Source: the human T2T-CHM13v2.0 reference genome, Homo sapiens
Direction: 5' to 3' (one strand)
Length of the DNA: 64,000 bases
Assembly: GCF_009914755.1 (NCBI RefSeq)
Contig: NC_060927.1
The translations under genes and the position numbers were made by a program. Positions 48,683 to 64,000 of the stretch are shown piece by piece; the stretch's first letter is position 1, and every line of letters starts with the position of its first letter. The notes beneath the pieces were generated by a model. That model saw nothing but the letters and a program-made list of their open reading frames with translations. It searched no databases and was not told the DNA's origin.

Positions 48683-49764
48683 TTATTGGTTCACTTTCCT
48701 GTTCTCTCATATTTGGAGTTATCATAAAATCATTTTAAGTAAAAAGATTCTTACCACCCAACCCAACCTCATTTGTGAATAGCAAAAAGCAACAAAGACA
48801 GAAGGGAGTAAACAAGAGCTAATGAAGAAAAAAAGGAAAGATTGAACTGAAAATCTAGGAAGGTTTAAAGAAAAATGACCAGTATATGTCAGAGGTGTTT
48901 AGCTGAGAAAAGAAAGTGGAAGAATAGTATTGTTTGTTTGGGGTTCAATTACTGGAAGGAGTTGTATCAATGGTCTGTACATTCGCTGGGTCAGGAAGCA
49001 ATGTCCGTAGTCACTCGAAACAAAGCTCCTGAGAGTCAATAAGTCAACACACTTCTCTCTGAGTCTGCCCCTCCCCTACTACGTCTTTTAGAAATAAGAC
49101 ATTGAAAAGAAAAAGGACCATCCAGCATATGTTGGGAAATTTACTATCTTGTCTCCCCAAACAGAAGGTATTTCTCATATTGTTTAAGAACAACTTTCTG
49201 AAATAAATTTGCCATTGTTTCCACAAGAGAGGGAAATAACTAATGTTATATTTACTATGTTAATAATAGTAAATATAACAACTCTAGACCTTTGTATTTG
49301 TATTTATTATGAGCCAGGCACTCTGCCAAGTGCTTGTGTAATCTTCTCAGTAGCCCTGTATGGAAGACTTTATTTTATTCACCCCACAGATGAAGAAACT
49401 GAAGAAGTTAAAAGATCTTGCCCAAGAGCACTAAGATTTGTACCCACGTGTTGGATCCTAAAACTTGTGATGTTTTTACTCCATCATATTCCCTCTTAGC
49501 AAGATAGTATGCTATTATAAACTAGTGAGGAGCTGCAGCTGACTATCCAGACCAAGAAAATGCAGATTTCCATTAGCAAAATTGCTGGAGAATCAGGCAG
49601 CCCTTCCTGGGCAAATGCTAGTTACCTTCATGGTCTCTTTCAGCCCTTCATAGAGTCTCTTAAATTATTGTTACCTCCAACTGTTGTCTCCTAATAGTCA
49701 AATAACCCTGCTACTCAGAGTACTCCACAAAGCTTGTCAGAAAGGCAGACTCAAAGCCCCTGGC

Positions 49765-49927
49765 CAATACTGTATTATATACTTAATATTTGCTAAAGGA
49801 ATAGATCTTAAATATTCTCACTAAAAAGAAGGGGGTGGGTAGCTATGACAGACAATCAATGTGTTACTTCACTTGATTGTGGTAACCATTTCACATATAT
49901 ATGTATATCAAATACATTGTATACCTT
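49765..49927 (+). mobile_element. L1MA/MB 3' end, left part (resumes at 55160-55213)
   Basis: tttgctaaaggaatagatcttaaatattctcac...cttgattgtggtaaccatttcac...tgtatacctt continues as ccttaaatatatacaattttatttgtcaattataccacaataaagctg. Confidence 0.85.
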
Positions 49928-50012
49928 TGTAAACCAAAAATAAAATTCTAAGCCCCCCAACCAATGGAATGGACCCCTCCTCTGGGCCAAGGGCATTCCA
50001 AAGTTAACCTGG

Positions 50013-50156
50013 GGCTGGGTGCAGTGGCTCACATCTATAATCCCAACGTTTTAGGAGGCTGAGGAGGGAAGATCACTTGAGGCCAGGGAATCAAGAGCTG
50101 CCTAGGCAACATAGAGAGACTCCATCTCTACTAAAAATTAAAAATATTAAACAGGT
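50013..50156 (+). mobile_element. AluJ left arm (right arm at ~53868-54048)
   Basis: Left monomer ending in the A-rich linker; a matching J-type right arm follows the retrocopy. Confidence 0.85.
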
Positions 50157-51157
50157 CCCGGCGCAGTCACCGGCACAGGCTATGGCTGCGACTTCCCTCA
50201 TGTCCAGGTTGGCTGCCTGGCTGCTGCAGCCCGTGCACAGCTGCTCCCTCTGCCCTCGCCCCTTCCACCTCACGGCAGTTACAGATGAAGCTGTTGTAAT
50301 TTCTGGAAGGAAACTGGCCCAGCAGATCAAGCAGGAAGTGCGGCAGGAGGTAGAAGAGTGGGTGGCCTCAGGCGACAAACGGCCACACCTGAGCATGATC
50401 CTGGTTGGCGAGAGTTCTGCAAGTCACTCCTACGTCCTCAACAAAACCAGGGCAGCTGCAGATGTGGGAATCAACAGTGAGACAATTGTGAAACCAGCTT
50501 CAATTTCAGAGGAAGAATTGTTGAATTTAATCAGCAAACTGAATAATTATGATAATGTAGATGGCCTCCTTGTTCAGCTGCCTCTTCCAGACATATTGAT
50601 GAGAGAAGGATCTGCAATGCTGTTTCTCCAGACAAGGATGCTGATGGCTTTCATGTAATTAATGCAGGGCGAATGTGTTTGGACCAGTATTCCATGTTAC
50701 CGGCTACCCCATGCGGTGTGTGGGAAATAATTAAGCGAACTGACATTCCAACCCTAGGGAAGAATGTGGTTGTGGCTGGAAGGTCAAAAAGTGTTGAAAT
50801 GCCCATTGCAATGTTACTGCACACAGATGGGGTGCATGAACGTCCCGGAGGTGATGCCACTGTTACAATATCTTATCGATATACTTCCAAAGAGCAGTTG
50901 AAGAAACATACAATTCTTGCAGATATTGTAATATCTGCTGCAGGTATTCCAAATCTGATCACAGCAGATATGATCAAGGAAGAAGCAGCAGTCACTGATA
51001 TGGGAATAAATAGAGTTCATGATCCTGTAACTGCCAAACTGAAGTTGGTTGGAGATGTGGATTTTGAAGGAGTCAGACAAAAAGCCGGTTATATCACTCC
51101 AGTTCCTGGAGGTGTTGGCCCCATGACAGTGGCAATGCTAATGAAGAATACCATTAT
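50157..51157 (+). pseudogene. MTHFD2P7: MTHFD2 processed pseudogene, 5'UTR and coding part
   Basis: ATG at 50182; MAATSLMS...EAVVISGRKLAQQIKQEV...SHSYVLNK...LLVQLPLP, 1-nt deletion near 50591, then HIDERRICNAVSPDKD...GRSK...[18 protein letters not shown]. Intronless and cut by AluY at 51158. The parent gene is certain; the P7 number is from memory. Confidence 0.95.
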
Positions 51158-51381
51158 GGCCGGGCGCGGTGGCTCACACCTGTAATCCCAGCACTTTGGG
51201 AGGCCGAGGCGGGCGAATCACGAGATCAGGAAACGGAGACCATCCTGGCTAACATGGTGAAACCCCCGTCTCTACTAAAAATACAAAAAAAAAAATTAGC
51301 CGGGCGTGGTGGCAGGTGCCTGTAGTCCCAGCTACTTGGGAGGCTGAGGCAGGAGAATGACATGAACCCAGGAGGCAGAGC
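51158..51381 (+). mobile_element. AluY-like, 3' end deleted
   Basis: GGCCGGGCGCGG start, gaccatcctggctaac and gaatgacatgaacc; stops at ggaggcagagc with no tail. Confidence 0.9.
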
Positions 51382-51627
51382 CAAGGGCTCTGTTTTTTCC
51401 AGAAATTTTTTAAGAGTTTGAGTTAATATTGAATTTAAGCAGACTTTCTGATTAAAGGTCTTTTTTTCTTTTTTAATAAAACACATCTGTCTGGTGTGAT
51501 ATGAATTTCTGAAATTCTGTCTTCCTATGACTCCTAGTTGTGACCTAACCTGAGTTTTTTTCTTATTTAATCAATGTAGATATTCCTATATTCAGTAACA
51601 CTTACTTCTATAGCCTTAAATAGATAA

Positions 51628-51794
51628 TTTTTTTCTTCTTCTTCTTCTTCTTCTTCTTCTTTTTTTTTTTTTTGTAGAGATGGGGGTCTTGCTATGTTGC
51701 CTGGGCTGGTATTGAACTCCTGGCCTCTAGCAATCAATCCTCTTGCCTCAGCCTCCCAGAGGGCTGGGATTACAGGCATGGGCCACCCACGCCC
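51628..51794 (-). mobile_element. FLAM-type Alu with (TTC)n tail
   Basis: Monomer plus (TTC)n and poly-T. Confidence 0.85.
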
Positions 51795-51840
51795 AAACAG
51801 AGGTTTAAAGAGCATTGGAGAAACCAGCCTCATCCTCTAG

Positions 51841-52146
<306 letters not shown>

Positions 52147-52859
52147 AGTCCTACAGTCTTATATCCCAACAGGTTGTGCCAAGCTAGGAGCTTAATCTGT
52201 AAAATACTTGAGGCAGGGATAGGTTCCTTGTCTATTTTGGCTTTGGGCTAAGCAGAAGTAGCTCCTGCTCTAGGCAGCTTGAGGCAGAAAGAGAAAGAAC
52301 AGTTGAATTGACCTACCTCCCTCCTTGTTCTTCTGCCAGCTGGTGTTATTCTTTTGATAGTTCTCTGGAGTTGAAAGAAATTTAGAGAGTTTGCTGGAGA
52401 TGTTTTTGTGAGTGAGGTATAGCTCATGTCTATAAGTCATGCCTGCTTACTTACCTAGATTATTAAACATGGAGCAAGATGACCAAGGTGACCAAAATTT
52501 TATTGAATTACAGTTGTAAGTGGAAAAAATGACTGACTTCCTGCATGGAGAAGTATTATGTCAACCTGTTAAAAGCTATGGAAATTAAAATGTTTGTGTA
52601 TATACAAAATATACATGACATGTAAGGTAAAATTACAGTGATCAATTTACAACAAAGAAATTAACAGAGTAGTTTTCCAGCTTGTTTGATTAATCAAGCA
52701 GGTTTACTCTTGAATCCATAGCATTTCTACAATTTAATTTGGACAAAGTTCTATCCCTAATCAGCCAGGTTTTAAAACTGAAATGTTAAGGGTGGATTTT
52801 TAGCTCCCCCAGGAATGGTGTGGATGATGATAAATACTTTTTTAAAAAATTAAGTATTA

Positions 52860-53146
52860 TTGTTTATAAGACATGGGTTCCAGCTGTCTCCCTGGCTGGA
52901 GTGCAGTGGTCTGATCATAGCTCACTGCAGCCTTGAACTCCTGGGCTTAAACTATCCTCCTGCCTCAGCCTCCGAAATGGCTTGGACTACAGGTGTGTGC
53001 CAGCATGCCTGGCTAAGTTTTAAACATTTGTTTAGAGATGGGCTCACTATGTTGCCCAGGCTGGTCTTGACCTCCTGAGCTCTATAATTCCCCCCACTTC
53101 AGCCTCCCAAGTAGCGGGATTACAGGTGTGAGCCACTGTGCCTGGC
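52860..53146 (-). mobile_element. AluJ
   Basis: Diverged J-type reverse complement. Confidence 0.87.
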
Positions 53147-53274
53147 AAGAATTTATACTTAGGCATAGGAGATGTTTCTGGATTAGTTAAGAAATTCTGC
53201 TATCAGTAGGAGTAGAGGTTTAGAGTTTTACCTCTTGGAAGTATACCTTGGAAGGGAGTTCTGAGATTAAATGT

Positions 53275-53380
53275 AATCAAACACTTACTGAGAGCTTTCT
53301 ATGGACCAGGCACTACACTAGACTCTGGGGATTACAGAGGCAATTACCTGTCCTGGTACTCAAGGTGTTAATGATCTAGT
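53275..53380 (-). mobile_element. LINE-2 3'-end fragment
   Basis: caaacacttactgagagctttctatggaccaggcactacactagactctgggga...gtcctggtactcaagg. Confidence 0.7.
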
Positions 53381-53682
53381 GTCATTTTTCTTTAAAAAAG
53401 AAAGCACCTGCATTTTTCATCTTGAGCAAATATAGTAACTCTAACCAAAGTGATTTACTCAAGGTTCAAGTCATAGTTGTTTTGGAGAAAGTAAGTGTCA
53501 GATGCACTGTGGCTGTCAGGCACATAGTAGGCATTAAATAAACATGGTTGGTGTTCACTGAATGTGGATTGAAGGTAAAATGACTGATCTTAAGTTTCGT
53601 GAGGAATAGGTTTGCTTCATGAAACTGGTTTTTATCTTCCCAAATAGTTTTCAATCATTCATTTAAAGTGGTAGGTTGATTA

Positions 53683-54378
<696 letters not shown>

Positions 54379-56392
54379 CTAATTCAAGCCATGATGGGAG
54401 TGGGTAGTCGGACATGCATCATAGCCTCCACTCTTTGGAATTCAGGCACAACTGACCAGCACTAACATTAAAACAGAAACCTTAAGATGGACAAAGCAGA
54501 TTCTTTGTAGCAGTAAGATACCAACATGACATATAGCAGGCCCTGAAAGATCTCAAAGTATTTTGTCCTAAAATATCTTTCTTTGACATATTTTGAAATG
54601 GCCCTGCAAAGCTGTCTCTCGTGGGAAAAAATTTACATTCTATAAAGAATCCTTTTCTCTTTCTGGGTCTTTTTCCTGATACAGGAGAGAATTATTAATA
54701 ACTAAGAGTCTGGCACCTTTTGATGTCTGATAGGAAACATTTACAATCTATTCTCTCTGAAGCCTGCTACCTGGGGGCTTCGTCTGCATAATAAGAATCT
54801 TGGTTTCCACAGCACCTTATCTTAACCCAGACCCTTTCTTCTATGGATTCTAGGTCTTTTAGATAAACCCTTTAACCAATTGCCAATCAGAAAATCTTTG
54901 AATCCACCTATGAACTGGAAGGCACTCTGCTCCCCTTCTCTTGGAGTTGTATCCTTTCTGGCCCAAACCAGTGCGCAGCTAACACGTATTGATTGATGTC
55001 CTATATCTTTCTAAAATGCATGAAACCAAGCTGTAGCCTGGCCACCTTGGGAAGATGTTCTCAGGATCTCTTGAGACTATGTCATGGCCATGTCCTTAAC
55101 CTTTGCAAAATAAACTTCTAAACTGATTGACACTTGTCTCAGTTACTTTTTGGGTTATACCTTAAATATATACAATTTTATTTGTCAATTATACCACAAT
55201 AAAGCTGAAAAAATGAGATAAATCACATATGAAAGAGTAAAGCACAAGTAGAACAAATACTTTTTTAATTGAACAAAAATAGGAGGGGCCTGCACAACAA
55301 ACTATGAAAACATATTCTAAGATTATTATTGTATTGGTACAGAAATAGATAGTTGTGTCAAGTTCTGCATGACACGTTATTGAGTGAAAAAATAAGATGC
55401 AGACTAAGTTCAGTATACAAATGTTAATCACACCATAAAATAGCAATAGTAAAAAAAATTAAAAGGTCCTATGTAATTTATAAGCACATTAAAGCTTGAG
55501 AAACACTGAGGAATATGGTCCTTTCCATGAGGAGTCTAAGGTCTTAAACCTTAGGAAACCATTCTTTCCTCTCTCTTTCCACCACAGTGTTACTCATTTG
55601 AATTTCTCTAGCACCTAGTAATACAGTGCTAGTGTATTAGGCTAATGCAGTTTTAGAAAATGCAAAAACATACTAATGTTAAGATGGTTACAAGAAAGTT
55701 CTGAAAGTGACGGACGGCATCTTCTCTGCCTTCCTTATACTGAGGCCAAGGAACTCAGTCTTACGCAGCCATGTGTCACATAACAATGTTTCAATCAACT
55801 ATGAACTAGATATTTCACAGTGATCCCATAGATTACAAGGAAGCTGAAAACTCCTATCACCCAGTGACATGGTAACAATGAAGTGCTGTGTTTGTGGTGA
55901 TGCTGGTGTAAACAAACACTGTTGTATAAAAGTATAGCAATACAATTAGGTACATGCAATATACAATATTTGACAATGATAATAAGCAACTTTGTGGCTG
56001 GTTTATATATTTGCTACACTATACTTTTTATTGTTATTTTAGAGTATACTCCTACAACTTATAAAAAGAAAAAAGTTAACTGTAAAACAGCCCCAGCCAG
56101 GTCTTTCAGGAGGTATTCCAGAAGAAAGCATGGTTATCATAGGAAGTGACAGCTCCTTGTGTGTTATTGCCCCTGAAGCCTTCCAGTATAGATGGCAAGA
56201 TGTGGAGGAGGGAGACAGTGATATTGATGACCCCAACCCTGTGTAGGCCTAGGCTATTGTTTGTGTTTGTGTCTAAGTTTTTAACAAAAATTTACAAAGT
56301 TAAAAAAAAATTAATTGAAAGAAGCTTTGAGAATGAAGATATAGAGAAAGAAAAAAATATATATATATTAAAGAAAAAAATATATATATATA

Positions 56393-56615
<223 letters not shown>

Positions 56616-56733
56616 AAGAAAATATTTTTATATAGCTGTACAGTGTGTCTGCGTTTTAAGCTAAGTGTTACTACAAAAGAGTCAAAAAGTTTAAAAATAA
56701 TTTAAAAGTATACAAAGTAAAAAAGTTACAGTA

Positions 56734-57043
<310 letters not shown>

Positions 57044-58103
57044 CTAAGCTTAATTTATTATTGAAATAAGAAATACTTTTATAAATTTAGCGTAGCCTAA
57101 GTGTATAGTGTTTATAAGTCTGTAGTAGTGCACAGTAATGTCCTAGGCTTTCACATTCACTCACCACTCACTGACTCACCCAGAGCAGAGCAACTTTCAG
57201 TCCCGCAAGCCCCATTCATGGTAAGTGCCTTATACATGTATACCATTTTTAAATATTTTATACTGTATTTTTATTGTACTTTTTCTATGTTTAGATACAC
57301 ACGTACTTACCATTATGTTATAATTGCCTACAGTATTTAGTACAGTGCCATGCAGTATAGGCTTGTAGCCTAGGAGCAATAGGCCATACCTTACAGCCTA
57401 GGTTGTACTAAGCTACTCCATCTAGGTTTGTGTAAGTACTTTCTATGATGTTTGCAAAATGACAAAATCATCTAAGGATGCATTTCTCAGAATGTATCCC
57501 TATCGTTAAGCAATGCATGAGTGTAATTAGAAGTTATTTTCTAGTCACCCATAGTTGACTTTTTGAGGTGAGTAGTATTCCTCTCATATAAAAGAGCTAT
57601 GGGATGCGCATGTAAAAATATACTTTGAGGAGGCAAAATGGAGAGAACTTAGGTAGCAGAATTTTAAATTTTAAATAAAGTAGATATTTGGTTAGTACAC
57701 CCTTTCTGCAAGACAAATTGTCAGTGTGTACTAAGAGCATTAAAACTCTTTGACTTAGATCCTAAAGATGCACACAATGATTAATGAATGAAAATTTTGT
57801 ATGTACCAATTATTTATATTAGGGAAAATTTATAAATACAATAATTATATGATTAATTAAATTATGATATAGCCACATAATAGAGGCATAATCAGTCACA
57901 AATATTATTTTTTATTTGGGAAAAACTCACTAAACGTAAAGGTAAACTCACAAAATGAAAATGAAGTATGTGCCTTTCAAAGAGAGGTAAAGAAAAAAGT
58001 TTTAATGCCAATTTTATACAAAAACATGTATATAGCAATAATAACTGAAAAAATATACCAAAATATCAACATTAGTTTTTGCTCAGTTTCAAATTATGGA
58101 TAA

Positions 58104-58499
<396 letters not shown>

Positions 58500-58717
58500 A
58501 TGAACAGCTATTATTTCTATTACTAAAAGAAAACGTTTAAGTAACACCAAAATATATAGTTGGTACTCCTTGATTATTGCTTCTGATTTTATGTCTTGAG
58601 TTGGAAAAGGGAGCATACTTTTGATGGAGCATTCTAACACTTTTTTCCTACTCACTGCCACTGATTTAAGTGACCCTCCAAGGACACCAAATTCACTCTT
58701 TGAAAATGACAAAAGTT

Positions 58718-59057
<340 letters not shown>

Positions 59058-59254
59058 CTAGTAAATTCTAGCATACAATGGTAATTCTTTCCAAGGTCAA
59101 AAGCCCATTTCTCTTACTGAAGGAATTTTTTTTTAAACTTTTGATTTTGGAATAATTATAGATTCACAGGAAGTTGCAAAGATAATACAGAGCGGTCCTT
59201 TGTACCCTTCACCCAATTTCCTCCTGAAGCAACTTTTAATTATGAATTATTTCA

Positions 59255-59436
59255 TTTATTTTATTTTATTTTTATTTAATTTTTTTTTAGAGACAAGGTC
59301 TCACTTTGTCACCCAGGCTGGAGTGCAGTTTCATGATAATAGCTCAATGAAGGCTTGACCTCCTGGGCTCAAGCAAACTTCCCACCTCAGCCTCCCAAAG
59401 TGCTGGGATTACAGGAATGAGCTACCATGTCTAGCC
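59255..59436 (-). mobile_element. AluJ, internally recombined or partial
   Basis: Monomer-length reverse-complement Alu. Confidence 0.82.
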
Positions 59437-59877
59437 AATTTGTTTTTTCTCTTATAGTTGAGATTAGTGCTGGGAAGTGGTGTCAATTCTAAAGGCAAAT
59501 CCAACAGACCGTTCTGTTTCTCTATTTTGAAAACACGGAAATAACTTTTTTCTAACTTCCCGTAGTTTACCCTGAGTCACAGATGTTTGAAAAGAAATTC
59601 CAGCCTGTTATATAAGTTCTACTGCAATATCAATATGTAAATGTAACCACTTGGTTGTAGTTTCGGTTCAAGAGTGCAATTGTGCTACACTTCTCTATTA
59701 TATGAAATTACCCAGCACTGGCAATTACTGTCTTTGGCTTGGAGGGTATAAAGGATGAGAAGAAAGAGGGTAGAAAAGATGATTTTTGGTTGATATAAAT
59801 TAAGACTTCTTCCCTGTCCTTTTTGATTTGTTTGGCTTCGTCAGTTTGCAACACTGAGGCTTAAAAAAGTAATAATT

Positions 59878-60050
59878 GGCCAGTCTGCATTGGCTCATGC
59901 CTGTAATCCCAACACTTTGGGAGGTCAAGGTGGGAGGATCACTCAAGCCCAGGAATTCAAGGCTTAGTGAGCTATGATTGTGCTACTGTACTCCACCCTA
60001 GGCGACAGAGTGAGACCTTGTCTCTAAAAGATAAATAATAATAATAATAT
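59878..60050 (+). mobile_element. Alu monomer-length element
   Basis: Alu start fused to Alu end, (AAT)n tail. Confidence 0.82.
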
Positions 60051-60069
60051 TCAATTAAGTCACATATTC

Positions 60070-60359
<290 letters not shown>

Positions 60360-60572
60360 AAGTCACAAATTCTTGATGATGAGATTTACACCTGATTTAA
60401 ATAGAGAAAACAATACATTTTTTGCTAAGTTGCTAAAGTGAAAGCACTGCAGCACTGAAGTAGCAAGAGTCTACAGTTAAGTATCACATTAGAGTACTGT
60501 GACCTGGAGTCATGTTGCCCACAGCTGTCTTAGTCTGTTTTGTGTTGCTGTAACAGAATCCCAGACTGGGTC

Positions 60573-60752
60573 CTTTTTTTTTTTTTTTTTTTTTTTTGCT
60601 TTTTTTAGACAGGTTCTCAATATGTCATCCCCACTGGAGTGCAGTGATGTGATCACAGCTCACTGCAGCCTCAAACTCCAAGGCTCAAGTGATCCTTCCA
60701 CCTTGCCCTCCCAAAGTGCTGGAATTACAGGCATGAGCCACTGTACTTGGTT
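60573..60752 (-). mobile_element. AluJ-like partial inside the MaLR LTR
   Basis: TSD agactgggt. Confidence 0.85.
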
Positions 60753-60834
60753 CAAGACTGGGTACCGTATAAAGAAAAAAAATCGATTCCTTATCATTCT
60801 GGATGCTGGGAAGTTCAAGGTCGAGGGGGCCTGA

Positions 60835-61607
<773 letters not shown>

Positions 61608-62669
61608 CTGAACTCGCTTTTCTAACAGTCTGCACAAGTGATAATGAACACACTCCTGCAATAATGACATTAACCCATTTATGAGGGCAGAGCCCTCATG
61701 GCCTAATCAACTGTTACTTGTCCCACCTCTTAATACTGTCACAGTGGCAATTACATTTCAACATGATTTTGGAGAGGACATCCAAACTGCCTCTGGTCCA
61801 CCAAAACTCATACAATATACCTTCACTCCATCCCAATAGCCCCAAAAGGTTTTAACTTGTTCTAGTACCAGCTCAAAAGTTCAAAATCCAGAGTCTCATC
61901 AAAATCAGATATGGGTGACAGTCAAAGCACAATTCATCCTGAGGCAAATTCCTCTCCATCTGTGAGCCTATGAAATCAGTAAGTTACATGCTTCCAAAAT
62001 GCAATGTTGGGACAGGCATAGAATAGACGTTCCTTTTCCAAAAGGAGGAAATGGGCAAGAAAGGGGTAACTGGTCCACAGAAAATCTAAAACTTAACAGT
62101 GAAAACAACATTAAGTCTTAAAGCTGGAGAATAATTTTATTTGACCCTATATCCTGCAACCTGGGCACAACGGGGTTGAGGTTAGGCCTCCCAGTGTCTT
62201 GGGCAGCCCCACCCCATGGCTTTGCTGGGCTCAGCCTGTGCTACAGCTCTCTAGTGTTGGAGTCTTGTTCCTGCAGCTCTCCCAGGCTAGTGTTGCAAGC
62301 TGGTAGCTCTACAGTTCTGGGGCCTCAGGAGTGGCTCCACTCCCATGGATCCACTCGGAATTGCTCTAGGGGGGACCCTCTTGTAACTCTAACTCCACAT
62401 TTCTGTTCATTCAGTATTGCCCTAGTAGGGGCTCTCTGAGATGGTGCTACCCTTGTGACAAGCCTCTGCCTGGCCTCCCAGGTTGTCTGCAATGTGCTTT
62501 GAAACATAGGTGGAGAAAGCCATGTCCCTGCAGCTGTTGCATTCTGTGCACCTGCAGAATTAGCACCACGTAAATACCACCAAAGTGTTTACAGCTTGTA
62601 CCTTTTGTAGCCATGGATTGAACCTCACCTGGGCCTGCTTGAGTTACAGCCAGGGCAGCTGTGGAGCAG

Positions 62670-63150
62670 CTTTACAAGGTCAGCCTGAAGTTTCTAAAAA
62701 ATCTTTTAGTTCTAATTCTCTTTTAATTATAAATCTCATCTTTAAGTCTTTTCTCTTCTCTTGCACCTTAAGTCTTTTCTACTCCCTCTTGAAGAATGTG
62801 GGGAGTACAGACCCAAGGTGGCTCTGGGCAGCAAGCCAATAGAAGGTGCTCTGAAACTATACCCTGAAGACAGTCTGCCCTTCTAGAGCTCTGAGCCTGT
62901 GATGGTAGGGGCAGCCTTAAAGATATCTGAAGTGCCTTTGGAGTCATTCTCTCACTGTCTTAATGATCCCTTCTGTATGTACTAATCACCTTAGCAAACA
63001 GTTACTTGCCAAATCCTTGGTTTACTCTCCTGAACACACTTTTTAAATTCTTTACAAGGTCAGCCTGAAGTTTTAAAAAAATATTTTAGTTCTGATTATC
63101 TTTTAATTATAAATCTCATCTTTTAGTCTTTTCTTTCCTCTTGCATCTTA
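62670..63150. repeat. 101-bp displaced direct repeat (62670-62770 and 63050-63150)
   Basis: Ungapped alignment, 9 mismatches by my count. Confidence 0.93.
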
Positions 63151-63427
63151 CTGTATGCAGTTAAGGGTAGCCACACAGCTCCTTCAATATTTTGCTTAGG
63201 AATTTCTTCCACCAGATATCACAGGTTATTGTTCTTAAATTATGTTTTCCATAAAGCCCTCAGGTTGGACAAAATTCCACCAATTTCTTTGCAACTGTCT
63301 AATAAGAATGGCCTTTGCTCCAGTTTCCAATATCTTGCTCCTCATTTTCACATGAGACCTTATCAGAATGACCTTTCTATCCATACTTCTACCCACTCTC
63401 TTATCACAACCACTTAAGAAGATTACA

Positions 63428-63545
63428 CTGGGCATTGTGGCTCATGCCTGTAATCCCAGCATTTTGGGAGGCCAAGAGGGGAGGGTCACTTAAGGCCAGG
63501 AGTTCAAGACCAGCCTGGTCAATAAAGCGAGACCCTATCTCTATT
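63428..63545 (+). mobile_element. FLAM-type Alu monomer
   Basis: Left monomer; TSD aagatt-like. Confidence 0.85.
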
Positions 63546-64000
63546 TTTTTAATGTAAAAAATGAAAAAAAAGATTTAGGCTATCCCTATTTCTGGGGTCT
63601 TCCTCTGAGCCCTCACTAGAATTGTTCTTACTGTTCCATTCACGACACTCTAGGTTTTTTTCTATCCTGCTCCTCTAAATTCTTCCAAGCTCTGTCCATT
63701 ACCCAGTTCCAAAGTCTCTTCTATAGTTTCAAGTATTTGTTTTAGCAACAGTCCCACTCTCAGTACCAATTTTCCTTCTTAGTCTGTTTTGTGTTGCTGT
63801 AACAGAATACCATAGACAGGGTAATTTATAAAGGAAAGAAATATATTTCTTATAGTTCTGGGGGCTGGGGAGTCCAAGATCAAGGGGCTCACATCTTGTG
63901 AGGGCCTTCATGCTGTGATATTTTCTGGAAGAAGACAGAAGGGCAAGCGAAGATGAGAGTGAGAGACAGAGAGGACCAAACTCACTTCTAGAACAATCCA

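Noticed and set aside
50077-51185. Functional MTHFD2 or MTHFD2L gene, or an Alu-MTHFD2 fusion protein
   Set aside because: Intronless, frameshifted, Alu-truncated and TSD-flanked; the ORF-track start at 50077 is a TTG inside an Alu.

Overview
This is primate (almost certainly human) genomic DNA, AT-rich and very Alu-dense. The left 37 kb hold the 5' part of GNB4 (G-protein beta-4) on the minus strand: a CpG-island promoter and non-coding exon 1 (~37.2-37.3 kb), a 25-kb first intron, and five coding exons with canonical GT-AG sites that give codons 1-143 in an intact frame; the rest of the gene lies left of the window. The right 27 kb hold a TMA7 processed pseudogene (minus strand), an MTHFD2 processed pseudogene (plus strand) at the centre of a five-layer nested insertion, Tigger/MER2 DNA-transposon fossils and a two-LTR MaLR element. 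I found no new coding gene, RNA gene, CRISPR array or novel biological system. The best observations are retrotransposition and repair histories readable from target-site duplications (TSDs), plus a few testable GNB4 splicing and regulatory hypotheses. Repeat subfamily names and boundaries come from recall of consensus sequences and are approximate; exon boundaries were counted base by base.
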